A stretch of DNA of 64,000 bases from Kudoa neothunni (lineage: Eukaryota > Animalia > Cnidaria): assembly GCA_964304625.1 (NCBI GenBank), contig OZ199838.1, forward strand, positions 14,751,907 to 14,815,906, in the 5' to 3' direction. Shown here piece by piece: positions 23,225-36,678 of the stretch. How positions within the stretch are numbered: position 1 is the first letter of the stretch; each line of letters opens with the position of its first letter. The notes beneath the pieces were generated by a model. The model was given only the letters and a program-made list of their open reading frames with translations. It searched no databases and was not told the DNA's origin. Both the position numbers and the translations under genes were made by a program.

Positions 23225-25735
23225 ATGAAAAAAATATTTCAAAATATGTTCAAATGTAGTCAGCTTGAGACAATTGAATTTGTGAGGCCAACTAGGGAGG
23301 ACACCTATGTGGATGAGCTGAAGCGTATGTATATGCCAAATAGCGTCCTTTCTAAGATTGGATGTGGGAGTTTGTTGATCAATGGTGAGAGTTCGAATGA
23401 GTACAATAAGAAATCTCAAGAATCAAATGTAAAACTAATACAAACCCAAATCAATTCGCCCAATATATCTATTTCTGACTCAAATCCTATTATATCTCGT
23501 TGGAAAAAACACAAAACAAGCAGAGTTGGATTGGGAAATGTTGGAAATACGTGTTTTTTAAACTCAGTCCTACAAATTCTAGCTTATTGTTCGCCATTTT
23601 GGAATTACATCATCGACGGTACACATGGAAGAGAATGTAGGTTATGCGTGTGTTTTCGGTCAATTTTCACGTTCGTATTTTCCATTTTAGGTAGTTTCCA
23701 AGGTTTTTGTGCATGTTGTGAGTTGAAAAATGTTTTTAATGACATGAATATAAATCAAGGATCGATTATTCCACGCTCTATCATTCACAATATTCGATGT
23801 GATTTTTAACTGTTGATTGATCGCACTTATAAGTTTATTTAATAATAGCGATAAGAAAGAATTTTCGCCTAGGACAACAGCAAGATGCTCATGAATTTTT
23901 CTTAGCTCTGATAGATTCCATGCAAAATACTCTGTTGACTGGGCACGAAAAGTAGGTTGGATGTTTGGTTGATTATTGTATGGATCTGGTTTTAGGTTGG
24001 ATCGTTACTCTAAAGCTACCACTTCAATTGATCATATTTTTGGCGGTTGGACCCAAACTATTGGTAAATCTTGACACAATGGGTGTTTTTAATTTTTTCC
24101 CAGTACAATGCCAACAATGTAAACATTCTTCTACCACCTACTCGCCAATGATTGATTTGAGTTTAAAACTGAATGTATGTATTGATTGGATTTAATATCA
24201 ACCTGTAAATCTCTCATCTAGAAAGTGCACAATGTTGAATCGGCATTGCGTAATTTTACCAGACAACAACATCTCAATGAATCACACAATCGGTACGATT
24301 GCAAAAAGTATATTTAGAACACAAATGTCATTATAATCAAATTATAATGATTATTTGTTAGTTGTAACGAGAAAGTATCCGCAACGATAGAAACGAGGAT
24401 TTTTAAACCGCCACTCATTTTAACTATTCAATTGAGCAGGTATTTGATTTCGGTCACTTTATACAGTAATTAACGGCGTATAGATTTTCATTCCAATACG
24501 GGAGTATCAACAAATGTTGCAGGTCTATAGAATTTGGCGAAAAATTAAACCTAAAACCGTTCGTCGCCAACAATAACAACCTAGTACATATGAAAAATCT
24601 TAATATATCACTCTCGATCAATATTCTATTCTTTAGGATTTTAACGACACTCAATATAAATTATTTGGCGTTGTTGTTCATCGAGGGAGCTCTTGTCATT
24701 GTGGTCATTATTACAGCTATGTCAGGGGTTCTAATGATGTGTGGTACATGGCTAATGATTCGCAGGTGATTGGGTTCTTAATATTCCAGCCCAACTTCAA
24801 TACACGTCTAATCGATACAATTTATTAGGTGCACAAAGTTTCATGGAACAAAGTTGTTTCCGATCAACCTTATATGCTCTTCTACCAACGAATAGATCCT
24901 GTGACAGTTAATGTTTTGTCAAGGGAAAAGTCTTCGTCAGTACCAAATGTATCTCATCTATATTGATAAGAATCAAATTGCAGTTTTCATTCATTGATTT
25001 GGTTTAATCTAATTTATAGGCTAATCTTAACGGACAAAAACCCGAAGCTCCCACCATAGAAACCCAATTTGTTCATAGAAATATTTGGGATGAAACACTT
25101 TATAAGTTTGATGCTTCTCAAACAAAACAACCCGTGCCACTTTCTGTGTCGGATAAAGTGAATACTTTAATTTCTCAGAATCAATCTTCTAACACAAAAT
25201 CTGGTTAGTATCTTATTAATTGACGCCTATAATTATTTTTTTATATATAGAAGCGTCGGTTGAAGTGATTAAATGGGATCAAAAAGTATACACCAATCAT
25301 AACGGTGCAACGATTAACAAATATAATAATGTTTCTAATTTGATTAACACATTGGAGCCGGCTGAAAATGCTTCCGCTTTAGGTATTTGTAAAATCTCTG
25401 TGAGTATTTGTTAGTGTATCCATTTGCTGTAGTTCAAAAATGGGATGGAACTGCTAGCGCATTAAAGCTGTCGAACAATACCAACAACGATCTCATCAAT
25501 CGTAATTTGAAGCGAAAATATTTTGATGAAGACGATGAAGAGTATGACCAAGGAAAAGTAATATTATCAATTTGTTCTTTTGAATTTTCTTATATTTCGT
25601 GTTGAAAAATAGACTAAGAAGGTCAAACTGGCCAAATTCCACGTTGATAATCGTCTGTTCCGAGCCAACGCATTTCAATCTTTTTACAATCGTTCTATAT
25701 TAAATAAGAAATCAAAACATAAAAGAATAAAATAA
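23225..25735 (+). CDS. USP36: Ubiquitin carboxyl-terminal hydrolase, USP36/USP42 family, ~14 exons
   Basis: Cys box GLGNVGNTCFLNSVLQ, QQDAHEF, His box VVHRGSSCHCGHYYSYV, ANDSQV, YMLFY, and a USP36-like C-terminus DEDDEEYDQGK-TKKVK...NAFQ with a basic tail. All introns GT-AG; an alternative in-frame ATG lies at 23198. Confidence 0.92.
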
Positions 25736-26904
25736 AATGAACTATCGTGTTTTCCACTTTTGTAATCTAACTGTAAAAACTGCCAAACGAAACTTTTGAT
25801 TTTTGATTTACAACAATTTTTGCAATTATTAGTTTTATTGCACATATATTTCTGCTGTGTAAAAAATCACGCCTTTGATTGAATATTTGTTCAGCCAAAC
25901 TCGATTATTTTGCATTTAAAAGTGTTTGTAGTAGTTTTTTCTATATTCTTAATTCATCTTATTTAAATTTTTTTAGGATGTAATTAATTCGGCACTTTGA
26001 ATCTGTTGAATTTCACTATGATTTATAGGAGAGATTAATACTTTAGTTTTGTATTCCCGCCATAGTTTATTGAGCGATGGTTTATATTAACGTTCCTTGA
26101 AGGAGACATAGGATTAACTCAAACTCATTGTTTCATCTATTTCATACGTTATGTAATTTTAAATTTCACATTGAGGGATGTGAATTATTGGCATATGCAG
26201 TGTTTCCCAATCTTTTTTAACCGTGACCCATATTTTTTCAAAAAAATATCCTGTGACCCACGTTAATATCGTAAATGTTTAATCGAATTAAACGTTAACA
26301 ATTTTAATTTTTTAATAATATTTTTATTCGGTATTATATATAATGAAAATATTATAATGATTGAAACCGTATACTTTTAGAATAATTCTTTGTAATTTAT
26401 TCATTTAAGAATTTTATTTAACATTAATTTTACTTGGACTTTTTAAACTTGAATAATTCTTTTTTAACTATTATTATGAAACCGTCAAGCTTATCTTGTG
26501 TCGTCTTACCATTCTTGCTTTTTAATAATCTCCGCCAGTTCATTATATTTAAATTTACCCCTTTAACTTGAAATCTAAATTTATATTTACTTTAAGGTTT
26601 TGTGTTGGTTTAGGTATTATTGAGCTACAACTACGAGAGATAAACAAGACATACAAGAAATAGACCAATTCTGGTTTTATAAATAGTTGTGAAATCCTTA
26701 TTCCTAAAATAATTTTGGGTATTCCTGCTAACATCTTAATCATTGGCGGCGTTATAATGCATTAGAAAATTTCTGTAACCGTTATCCAAAATTGAATAAA
26801 TTTCCAACGAGGAAACAATAGTTTACTTTTAGACCAATTGGAATTTTAAGAGCGGCTCTAAAACAGGGATATATATCTGCGTTATAGATTAAAACACAAC
26901 TTAA

Positions 26905-28501
26905 CCCTTTCATGTCCGAAAATCAAGCTGTAATAATTTTTTTTTAAGGGTGCAAAAATATTGTTGTATTTTTAATAATAACAACATATTTAAATTTTTC
27001 GAAAATATTTAATCAGGAACCTTATCTAATTAAATGTTGCCATAAGGCAACATTCGGAGACACCTTACCTTAATCCCCAAAACAATTATGCGCGGAGGTA
27101 AGGAAGATTTCTTTGCGCTCCAAATTACACAAATTTTATATATTCAATAACAACAAAATATTTCTAATTTTGTTTGTGTAAATTTAAATAACAATTTCTG
27201 TTGATATTTAAGCAGAGATAAACTTTACATTTCATGCACATAATTATAGAATGCATTCCGTACAATTTGCACCTAGCTTTCGTTGTTGTACATGAAGGAA
27301 AGTGGGACATTTCGTCGAAACGCACGATAGCACTTACTTTTGATTCTGGTAGATTATAGATTCTACTAGACATAGGGATCGGGATAGTAGTGGTACCTGA
27401 TGTGGATGGCTTCCCTCTTTTACTCGCAACACGTACCACTTGATTCTCATGCATCACTCGTTCGCTTACCGAGACACTGAAATCTAACAAACACAAGCTT
27501 TTCTTTGTTAGGATTTCATGTAAAGAACATTGATGTTTATACAAGAGCCATCCATTAAGGATGCATAGGTTTATCGGTTTATCGCCCATAAGAAGATTCT
27601 CTTGTACCACTTTTTCTGATATTGAACTGCAATTGAGTTTACTACACCAATAGTCTCTTATTCGTGGTAATTTGAATAGTGACATACGTATAAGCATCCC
27701 AACACATAATTTTATTTTGTTTGTTGTAGTTCTAAAATTTGAATTGTTTTCTATGGCATAATTATTAGTTTCTTTGCATGTAAATTCGAACAATTCATCT
27801 GTAAAGGATCTGTTGAAATATAAATAAGGATCCAAAATTGGTTCCATTTTAAACTCTACGCTTGATAAAAAAAACTCTCTTCAATTATATTTATTTGACG
27901 CGTTTTTTACGTAATTGGACTGACCACTATTGTATTATTCTTTATCAGAGCTGACATCTGAAAACGAATCACATTGTAGGTTGTTGCTTTCATCATCAGA
28001 TATATTCTCGGCGACAAATTTATCAGCATCTGGCGCAATATTAATTCCTCGACAATTTTAACATCAACATTGATCCATTTCACTAAACCTGCATCCATCG
28101 CACTGTTGATCCTGAAAAACGGCACGTGCGTCGAATGTTGCCATATGGCAACAAGCATTAAGCTACTACTCCAAACTAGAGTTCTTTAAGATTATATGAT
28201 CTATACAAATTTTTGTAGATAAAATGTACCATTATATAATATATATTTTTTAAACGCGGTTAAAATAATTATTAGGGCGGAAATTTAGTGCCATAAGATG
28301 ACCGTTTTATTGTTTGAAAAATTTCAATTTATGACGTATTTTTACTAAGAAATTTTAATAATTATCTAATTTAGCGTTTGATAAAAGAATAAAGATTAAT
28401 TTAACTTTTTTTGGAATGCTTTGGTTGTTAAATATAATACTCATTGAGAAATTATAAAAACAATCCGATGTTGCCATATGGCAACATTCGGCGTGAAAGG
28501 G
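26905..28501 (-). mobile_element. piggyBac element, internally deleted
   Basis: TTAA|CCCTTTCATG...CGTGAAAGGG|TTAA termini. ORF 27164-27847 has the start of the piggyBac domain (FTDELFEFTCKETNNYA...RIRDYW) joined to LCILNGWLLYK and the C-terminal Cys-rich domain; the DDD core is absent. Confidence 0.93.
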
Positions 28502-29781
28502 TTAAGTCGTGAGAGTTTAGTGTTAAACTAGCATTATCTTTACTGATAAATTTAACGTAGAGTGAGACTGTTGTCACATTATTTCCAAAATATCGCCGGT
28601 TTAAATATTTAAAATATATTTCTATTCTAAAATTAAAAAGCGAACATCTTATTCGATATATGCGCTCTATAATTTAATAAGATGTTTCGATTTGCAATGA
28701 AGAAATACGAAAATTAATGATTAATTAATTCAGTGTCACGTGCGAATAGTTTTATGTTGAAATTCATAAAGCTTTTTGAATTATTCGACAAATTTCGAGT
28801 GGTTCTAACCACAAAATGACAATTACACTGAGATTAGGAAATTAAAAAGTTCGATGAATTCATAATTATGTAAAACAAAAAGCCGTATGCTATGAGAACA
28901 AAATCAACACGTCAGCTATTAATATTGAGTCCTAATCCTTTCAAAATGTACCAAATATTATATATTGTGAACACAACATATTTTCTAATATTTCCAAAAA
29001 AGTTTTCAACATCGATCAGTATTTTAAAAAACAATAAAAAATATGGTTGTACGCATGTCGAATCATCAAAAACAGATATTAAGGATTTAGTAGGATGAGC
29101 TGTGTTCCTGAGAAATTCAACAGTAATTGTTTATTGCGGGGTATAAGAAGAAACTAATTTAAATTTTAGAATATTCATGAACTACAGTCTGACTGTATAT
29201 ATTTCAAACAAGTTGGTACTTTTAAAACAGTCCATTGAGGAAGCAGATTAATGATCATAAGCTTTAACAACAAAATTAATCGAACGTGATATTATTCACA
29301 TCTCTTGATCAAGAACAATATCGATATCAAATTATCAAGTATTATAAATTGGAATTTTTACGAATTTTTCTGATTAGCAGATTATTTCCAAATTAAAATT
29401 TTATATAACTAGTTGGCGTTATAATTTTGCAATATTTCTAATTGTGTAGAATTTAAATTTACATACGAATTTTCATGAAAGATATTTTGAGCTTTATGGT
29501 GCCTATAAGAGTAACTTGAACGCTGATGTTAATCTGATTATGGCCACACAACACTGTGGAGAGAAGCTCCCAAACGTAGGATTAAATATCAAACATGATT
29601 ATAACATTTATTTTGTAACGGTTAATTATGGTGAAGCTGAAAAAGTATAGCTATCCACATTAAATTAACCCTGAAACTTAATGCGTAGATTGTTATGAAG
29701 TACGTGCCAACTCACACGGAGGGTGCTCGAGGTTAATTCCATCAATACGAAGGTTGTTGTTCGGAAGCGCAATATTTAAAA

Positions 29782-30939
29782 ATGAGCAGTAGGGTGACTG
29801 TGTTAATTACTGGAGCAGCTGGCCAAATCGCCTATTCACTTATTCCACTCATCGGAAATGGTTTGACCTTTGGCCCCAATACTGTATTACATGTAGTGGG
29901 TTTGAATTTGTTGTGACCAATTCACTTAAGATGGTGGATCTTGTGCTCTTTGATATTCCAGTTTGTGAAACAGTGTTGGGTGGTGTCAACATGGAAATCA
30001 CTGATTCGTTGTACAAATACATCCATTGTAAGTGTTGTTAGAAACTGGGTTAGTTTTCTCAATTCGATCAATATAAAGCGGTGAAAATCACAGTCGACCC
30101 AGAAGTTGCCTTCACAGATATCGATTATGCTTTCATGTTGGGAGCAGCACCAAGAAAAGCTGGCATGGATCGCGCCGATCTGCTCTCCAGAAACGGCAGC
30201 ATATTTGTGGAGCAAGGCAAATATTTGGAGAAGTTTGCAAAGAAAACCGTGAAAGTTTTGATTGTGGGCAATCCTGCAAACACCAACTGTTATGTAATGA
30301 TGAAAAATGCACCGTCTATTCCAAAAGAGAATTTCTCCGCAATGACCAGATTGGATCACAATCGACTTATTGGTCAAGTAAGTGATTGGATTTGGTTAGG
30401 TTGTTCGGTTTCAGTAGCTTGAACTATTGGATTAGATTTCAAATAAAGCCTCTGTTAATTTCGGCCAAGTTCATCATCCTATCATTTGGGGTAATCATTC
30501 TGGAACACAATATCCCGACTCTCGAAATATCCAGATCCAGATCGACAAGGACGGACATGGACACATGGTTCCAATTGCAGAGGTCATCACTGACAGCAAC
30601 TATCTTAAAAATGAACTTATAACCACTGTTGCCAAACGAGGAGAGGCTATTATTAACGCTCGAAAACTTTCTAGCGCTATGTCCGCTGCAAAAGCAGCCT
30701 CCGACCAAATGAATAACTGGGTGTTAGGAACCAAACCAGGTGAATGGGTGTCTATGGCTGTCTACAGCAATGGAGAATACGATATCGCTAAAGATATCTA
30801 TTTTAGTTTCCCAGTCACTTGTAAAGATGGAAAATATACCATCGTTGGAGGCATCGAAATTGATGATAACTCCCGAACCAGAATGCAGGCCACTCAGGAT
30901 GAACTTCTTCATGAAAAGAAGGTTGCATTGTCTGGTTAA
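29782..30939 (+). CDS. MDH1: Cytosolic NAD-dependent malate dehydrogenase, 4 exons
   Basis: [63 protein letters not shown]; three short GT-AG introns. Confidence 0.97.
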
Positions 30940-33183
30940 ACTCTATGATTATCCACTTCATTTAATTTCCTTTGATCACATATTATCAGGTTGTCTTCGA
31001 TAATTTCTCATTCTGGTCTTATTTTGCTGTTTATTTTATTCGCGGCAGAAATTTTAATTTTTACATTTATGACTGTCGGCAATTTTTTTGGATTAACTAT
31101 TTTGAGGTGGGATTTCATTGATGGGTTAAGTTTTTTAGCGGAGGATTAAGTTATTGTGAGTTTACTTTGGGGAGAAAACCCTCCAACCAGCTGTTTTCAT
31201 AGTGAATAATTCCTCTTCGTAACACCAACGTACACAGTCAATAAGGGTTACTGCGCGGGTGGATATTGCGCACTTTTCCTTACGTGCAGGGCTGCCAGCA
31301 TGGTTTTGAAAAAGGCAGTGTCTACTGACCCGGCTGATTAGCATCACGTGCTTTATAAATTTACTTTAAGTTGGTATACCATTAAATTTAACATTATAAA
31401 TAAGTTTTCGATGATAAATATATCTAATAATTAAGTTTCAATGAAGAATAAGTAGGAAGATCTTATTTAGAAACGTATAGCATCGAGATTTTTACGGTTA
31501 AATTCGTGAAACATTATATCCTTGCATAAAATATTATATTTCTGAATTAAAGAATTCACTGAGCGTAATTTTCCGTGAAAATTTAAACTTCATATTCACA
31601 TTTTCCAATGACGTAACCTTAGTGTTATATTGACTCTTAATAAGCATCTACCAATAATAGTGAGCAAATATATTTTATTCTATTTTCAAAAATAAGAAAA
31701 TATTATTTATATCAGTCCGGTAATTTATCGATATTTAATTTCAATAAATTAACACTAGTGAGCTGGTTCACACGATTCTTAACATACAAATAGTTCATTT
31801 GGTCAAGCGACAAAGTAGTTAAACGTATTTACATCTAAAAATTTATTTATAAAAATTATATTAACTATTTAAATAAAATAAACATTTATTATTATCCCAA
31901 TTAATTAATTATACGTCTTCATTTAATTTTCAAAGAAACTATATAAATTATGATAGAATATTCTCAAACGCTGAGCTTATATAATGTTGGCTACGCGTAA
32001 GATATCATAATTATCGTCAATAAGTTGATTTAAAAACGATACTCCTGAACAAATCCGTCTTATAATAACCAGTTTTGCTTATAAAGAGTCTTCACTCTAT
32101 TATTTAAATCACTGAATAATATTACAGATATAATTTCGTATAGCATTATAAAACTCGATCACATCGTTTTTGTGCGCTCTCAATGACGTTGCAATTTAGT
32201 ATGAAAATATTATTTTTGTCCTGAAATTCAAACCGTTAGATTCTCAACTTAAACTCTCAACAACGTTTTTTTAAACTTATCAATAACATAAAAAACTATT
32301 CTCATTAGTGTTAACATCACTTTCTTCTACACTACTTTCGATGCTGTCCATTGTGTACGTATAACTACGCTACCCTGGGTACAAGCCTCATAAAATACAA
32401 CGTTACAGTTTTATATAGATACTATGGCAAATTAATGAATTATTTTATAATTTCAGACGAAAAATATAACAATACAATGCAGAATATAATAATAAAATCT
32501 GAATAGCATAATCTAGCTACATCGGTAATACGTCCCATCTGGAATGACCAACATATTAAATGTATGTTTTTAAACATTGTAATATAACAATCATACAACA
32601 ACAAATCTTATTTTTCTTTTTATAGTATCAAAAAGTCGATACGATCATAGAACATATCTGCCGGACCAATTGACACTACCTTAAACAAACTCAAGTTTAA
32701 GTAAAAAACTCAAGTTCGAGAAAACATTCATTTAAAGTATAACAAGAAAGTAGAATCATATCTACTAAAGTTTTTAATCTTCTTCCTATTCCGGAATTAC
32801 GTCCTCAGATATTAAATTTAAATTGATCGTGGTATTATTGCAATTTTTTGGCTCGAACACTCACTCATACTTAATGTCTAGTATAGATCAATATACTCAC
32901 AATTAACTACTTCATAGTTCAGGATATATTTTGAAATAATGTTTAAATTTTCTAATAGTGTGCGGCAATGTCTACTGAGTAATTATGTAATCATATCACA
33001 TTAAACAATCTAATGTGCTGTCGTTCAATATAGTAAAAATTTGAAACCTGCATGATATAATCTGAACAGGATACATTATTAAAAATATAAATATTAATGC
33101 TACACATCAAAAAAATTTGTGTTATTAGTCGATGTTTACAATTTTTTAATAAAAACCCAAAATTTTGTAAAAAATGAAAAAAC

Positions 33184-33640
33184 CCCCAATCCCTCGCAGC
33201 CCTGTGGCATGGTGACTGGACTCAATAACTGGAGGTATTTGGTTCGAATCCCGCTACCGATCAATGTACTGTTTCTGTACGAATGTGTTTCTATTCCGTA
33301 ATTAGAGCTATTGCAAGAATGCGATTGCACATAAGTGTAATTTCACCTACAGTTATAGTTGATCAAATCTAACAGGGGAGATTGAATCAGATGTTTGAAT
33401 CGTCGGGGATGCACTAACAGGATTGAAATCTCTGTAAAGCCAAAGTCCCGAGGGATTTATGGATAGGATTTGGAGTGGTGGTTGCCATGAAGCGAGGATG
33501 TTTAGTGGGTTAAAATCCCGCATTATTGCAGAAAGATAAGGGGTAGATGTTACTCGTCCTGTGGTACCTCCAGTGTTAATGTTGTGGTTTAACTAACCAT
33601 AACTCTACAACCTAATAAGTTGTTCCAGGGATTTTGTCTT
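33184..33640 (+). mobile_element. tRNA-derived SINE-like element
   Basis: A-box-like TGGCATGGTG (33205) and perfect B box GGTTCGAATCC (33241-33251), GC-richer ~450-nt body, A-rich end. Similar flanks TTGTAAAAAATGAAAAAA / TTGTAAACAAGAAAAAA may be a decayed TSD. Confidence 0.6.
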
Positions 33641-35757
33641 GTAAACAAGAAAAAATCACATGATATACTTTTGAGAGAGATTCCGATTACATAGTATTGG
33701 TACATTGTGTTCGATGCTATCTCGGTGGCACAATTTTTCCATACATTCGAGGTATGAGTCTTGGAGCTCCGGTAACTCTCTCCCGGACCTCCTTTCGAGG
33801 AGTCATGAGATTGATAATCATAAATTTTTATTGCTAAACTCCAAAAATGGCCTTTTACAATAGATTAATTTTATTCATTAATTTGGTTTGTTAGACTCAA
33901 AATTTATGATTAATCGGCGAGTTATATTTATTTAATTCAACAAAAATATTCGGCAAAATCTTTTTATGATACGCGAAGATTGTAAAATTAATTTTTGGAC
34001 AGTCATCAACAGATATTTAAAATAAAAAAATAAATAAAGTTCTAAGAACGTTAACTTTGAAAGAATGATGATTTTTATCAAAAAAAAATTTAAGAAATAC
34101 ATGATGACATTTATCACAAGATTCTTAAAATGTTGCAAATATTTTTACAGTAGGTAAGTAATCGATTTTATGTACTTTTACTTTTTCGTCTCCTATATAA
34201 AGTATAAAGTATTAGAGTCGAACCAATCTTTGTAAACACGGAAGTTTATTCTATGTAATGAAAATTAATAATTAAAGTAAAAAAATGATTAATAACGAAA
34301 TTTTTTATAAAAAATAGGAATGATCGATTTTACGTAACTTTTCGACCCCAACCTTAATTTTCAAAATCCTTTGTATTAATTAATTACGTTCACAATACCG
34401 TTGTAAATCATATATACACAAAACAATTTTATTATTTATCCATTATGTAAAAATTCGCGAATGAAAACTAACAATTCTTTCACATTTAGTGATTTTGATT
34501 CCGTACCTATTTTTGCTTGGAAAACCCCAAAAACAGTAATGTTGAATTGATTTCGTCATGTAAAGTAAATTCGGATTTACTCAAAAGGCACATTCTAGAA
34601 AAGTGATCAAATAATAATGTTTGGCTATAGCTTATAATTGATGAAAGGTACTATAGTCTAAAAACCGATTTATCATAGACGATTAAATGTGTAACAAATT
34701 TAATAATGGAGTTCAATCAAAAAAAAATTATTACTTTTAGAATACTTTATGGTTATCGGTCGCGACTTAATTTAAAAATGGTCATTTTCATAGGTGTACT
34801 TCTATGCACTCAAAACTGTTACCATAACTAGTTGAACAAATTGAATGCTACTGCTGCAAGATCTACCGGTCTTTTTTATACAATTTATATAAAATTATAT
34901 TATTCAATGAACCAAACAATGTAAAATTATTTTAATATGTACGTATTTTCAAAGGTAAGCTTTGATTCATGTCTGGAATCCAATTCACATCTAGAAAAGA
35001 GATCTGAAATGATTTATGAGCTAATTTTATACGCCTATTCCTAGGTGTTGTTCAGATCGTCCTTTGATTAGCCATCACAAGAATTAACAATTTTTTAACG
35101 ACAATAAAAGTTATCTCGTTCAATTTAAGTTCAATAATCAGGCAAGAGAGATGATGAAACATATAAAATATACCTAATGTTCCAAAACAGTAATTTCAAA
35201 AATACTGTTAACATTTTATATGTACATCTCCGTATTTCAACTTTTAATACTGAAAATAATTTATATAACATCATTCTCGTATTTTTCCAAAAATTCAACA
35301 AGTTAACTATTATCTCTCAAAATAAATAATTTATTTTTCAAAGTCCAACCACATTCTTGAAAATAATAGCGATCTAAATACACGGGCACCAGATTTTCTT
35401 CAAGTTTTGTTAAAAAGATAGAAATATTTTTAAAAATTAATAATTATGAACCTTATTATAATACTACTTCAATCGAAAATATTTTAATCGCCCGCGCACG
35501 CATTAAAATACATAAAAGCGGTCATTTCAATGGTGCATTTCAGTAACTTATGTTTGGCCACAAGGGGATTACGGAAAAATTGATTACCTATCGCAATTAA
35601 TTATTTTTAGATTAATCTGGATATAAAAATGGAATAGAATATTTTCACTAGGAAATTCTGATGTTAATAGCTTTAAAATGAATCAATCTTATTTGATCTG
35701 TTTAAAAAATAGATTAAACGCCTCATATTAAATAAACGCTCCAATGAAGTTTATGAT

Positions 35758-36641
35758 ATGGCGAAAACTCGCCTGCATGTGCGCGCATTGCGATATAATT
35801 TCTCGCATTTTTGTTTGTTCTTAACTTTGTTTAGCTAGTATTTCCATGGATGAACCCATAAATAAACAAACAGATTTTATTATATTAAAAACTCAAAGGG
35901 GAAAAGATAAAATCTTTTATAGAGGTTTTTTGTGCCAAGAATTTGGATAAAACAAATATTCAATATTGGAGATGTGACGTAAGAAACTGTAAAGGAAGGT
36001 TGTCCACTAGTCCTATTGATAACATTCAAAATATTCAGGATAGAGGTTTCCATAATCATGTTGTTCCTGATGAAGAAGTTAAAAAAAAGTTTTTAATAAT
36101 AACATAAAATGTCTTTCTGAAAATAGCCACTACCCAACAAATGAAGTTTATTCATTCTCGATAATGAAACAGAATAGCAACGAGTTGTCTATCATTAACA
36201 AGAAGAATATTTATAAGAATATTCAAAACGTTAGAAAAAGAAAAAATATTCTGTTGATTTGGAAACTAATTTATGTGAACAAAATATCTTAACCCATAGA
36301 CAAGAGAAATTCTTTGTATTTGATTCTGGTTCCCTATCTGATAACAGAATGGTTATTTTCGCTACAAATATTAATATTGTTCATTTGAAAAATCGCGATA
36401 CATGGATCTATGAAGGCACATTCAAAGTAACTCCAAAAGAATTTGAACAACTGTATATAATTCACGGAATAGTGTTCAATGAAATTTTCCCACTTGTTTA
36501 TGTTCTAATGAATGGCAAATCGCAAAAATGTTATGAACTCGTTTTCAGTACCTTAAAGGAAACAACAGACATCAGATTTCTGGAAAATTTTATAATCAAC
36601 TTTGAAAATCCTCTATGGATGCCTTTAAAATCATCAAGTAC

Positions 36642-36678
<37 letters not shown>

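Noticed and set aside
30937-30950. Stop-codon read-through to a peroxisomal PTS1 as in vertebrate MDH1
   Set aside because: The stop is TAA in a non-leaky context, followed by ACT CTA TGA with no SKL-like end.
31160-31352. GC-rich island resembling an SRP RNA 5' end or a telomerase template (TAACCCTTA)
   Set aside because: No SRP helix-8 motif and the template does not match TTAGGG. It shares GTGCGCAATATCC and a CAGT...GGTTAYTGCGC end with the element at 21142-22169, so it is probably a transposon end.
33196-33260. Functional tRNA gene
   Set aside because: A B box is present, but acceptor and anticodon stems do not form and there is no T-run terminator; better explained as a SINE head.
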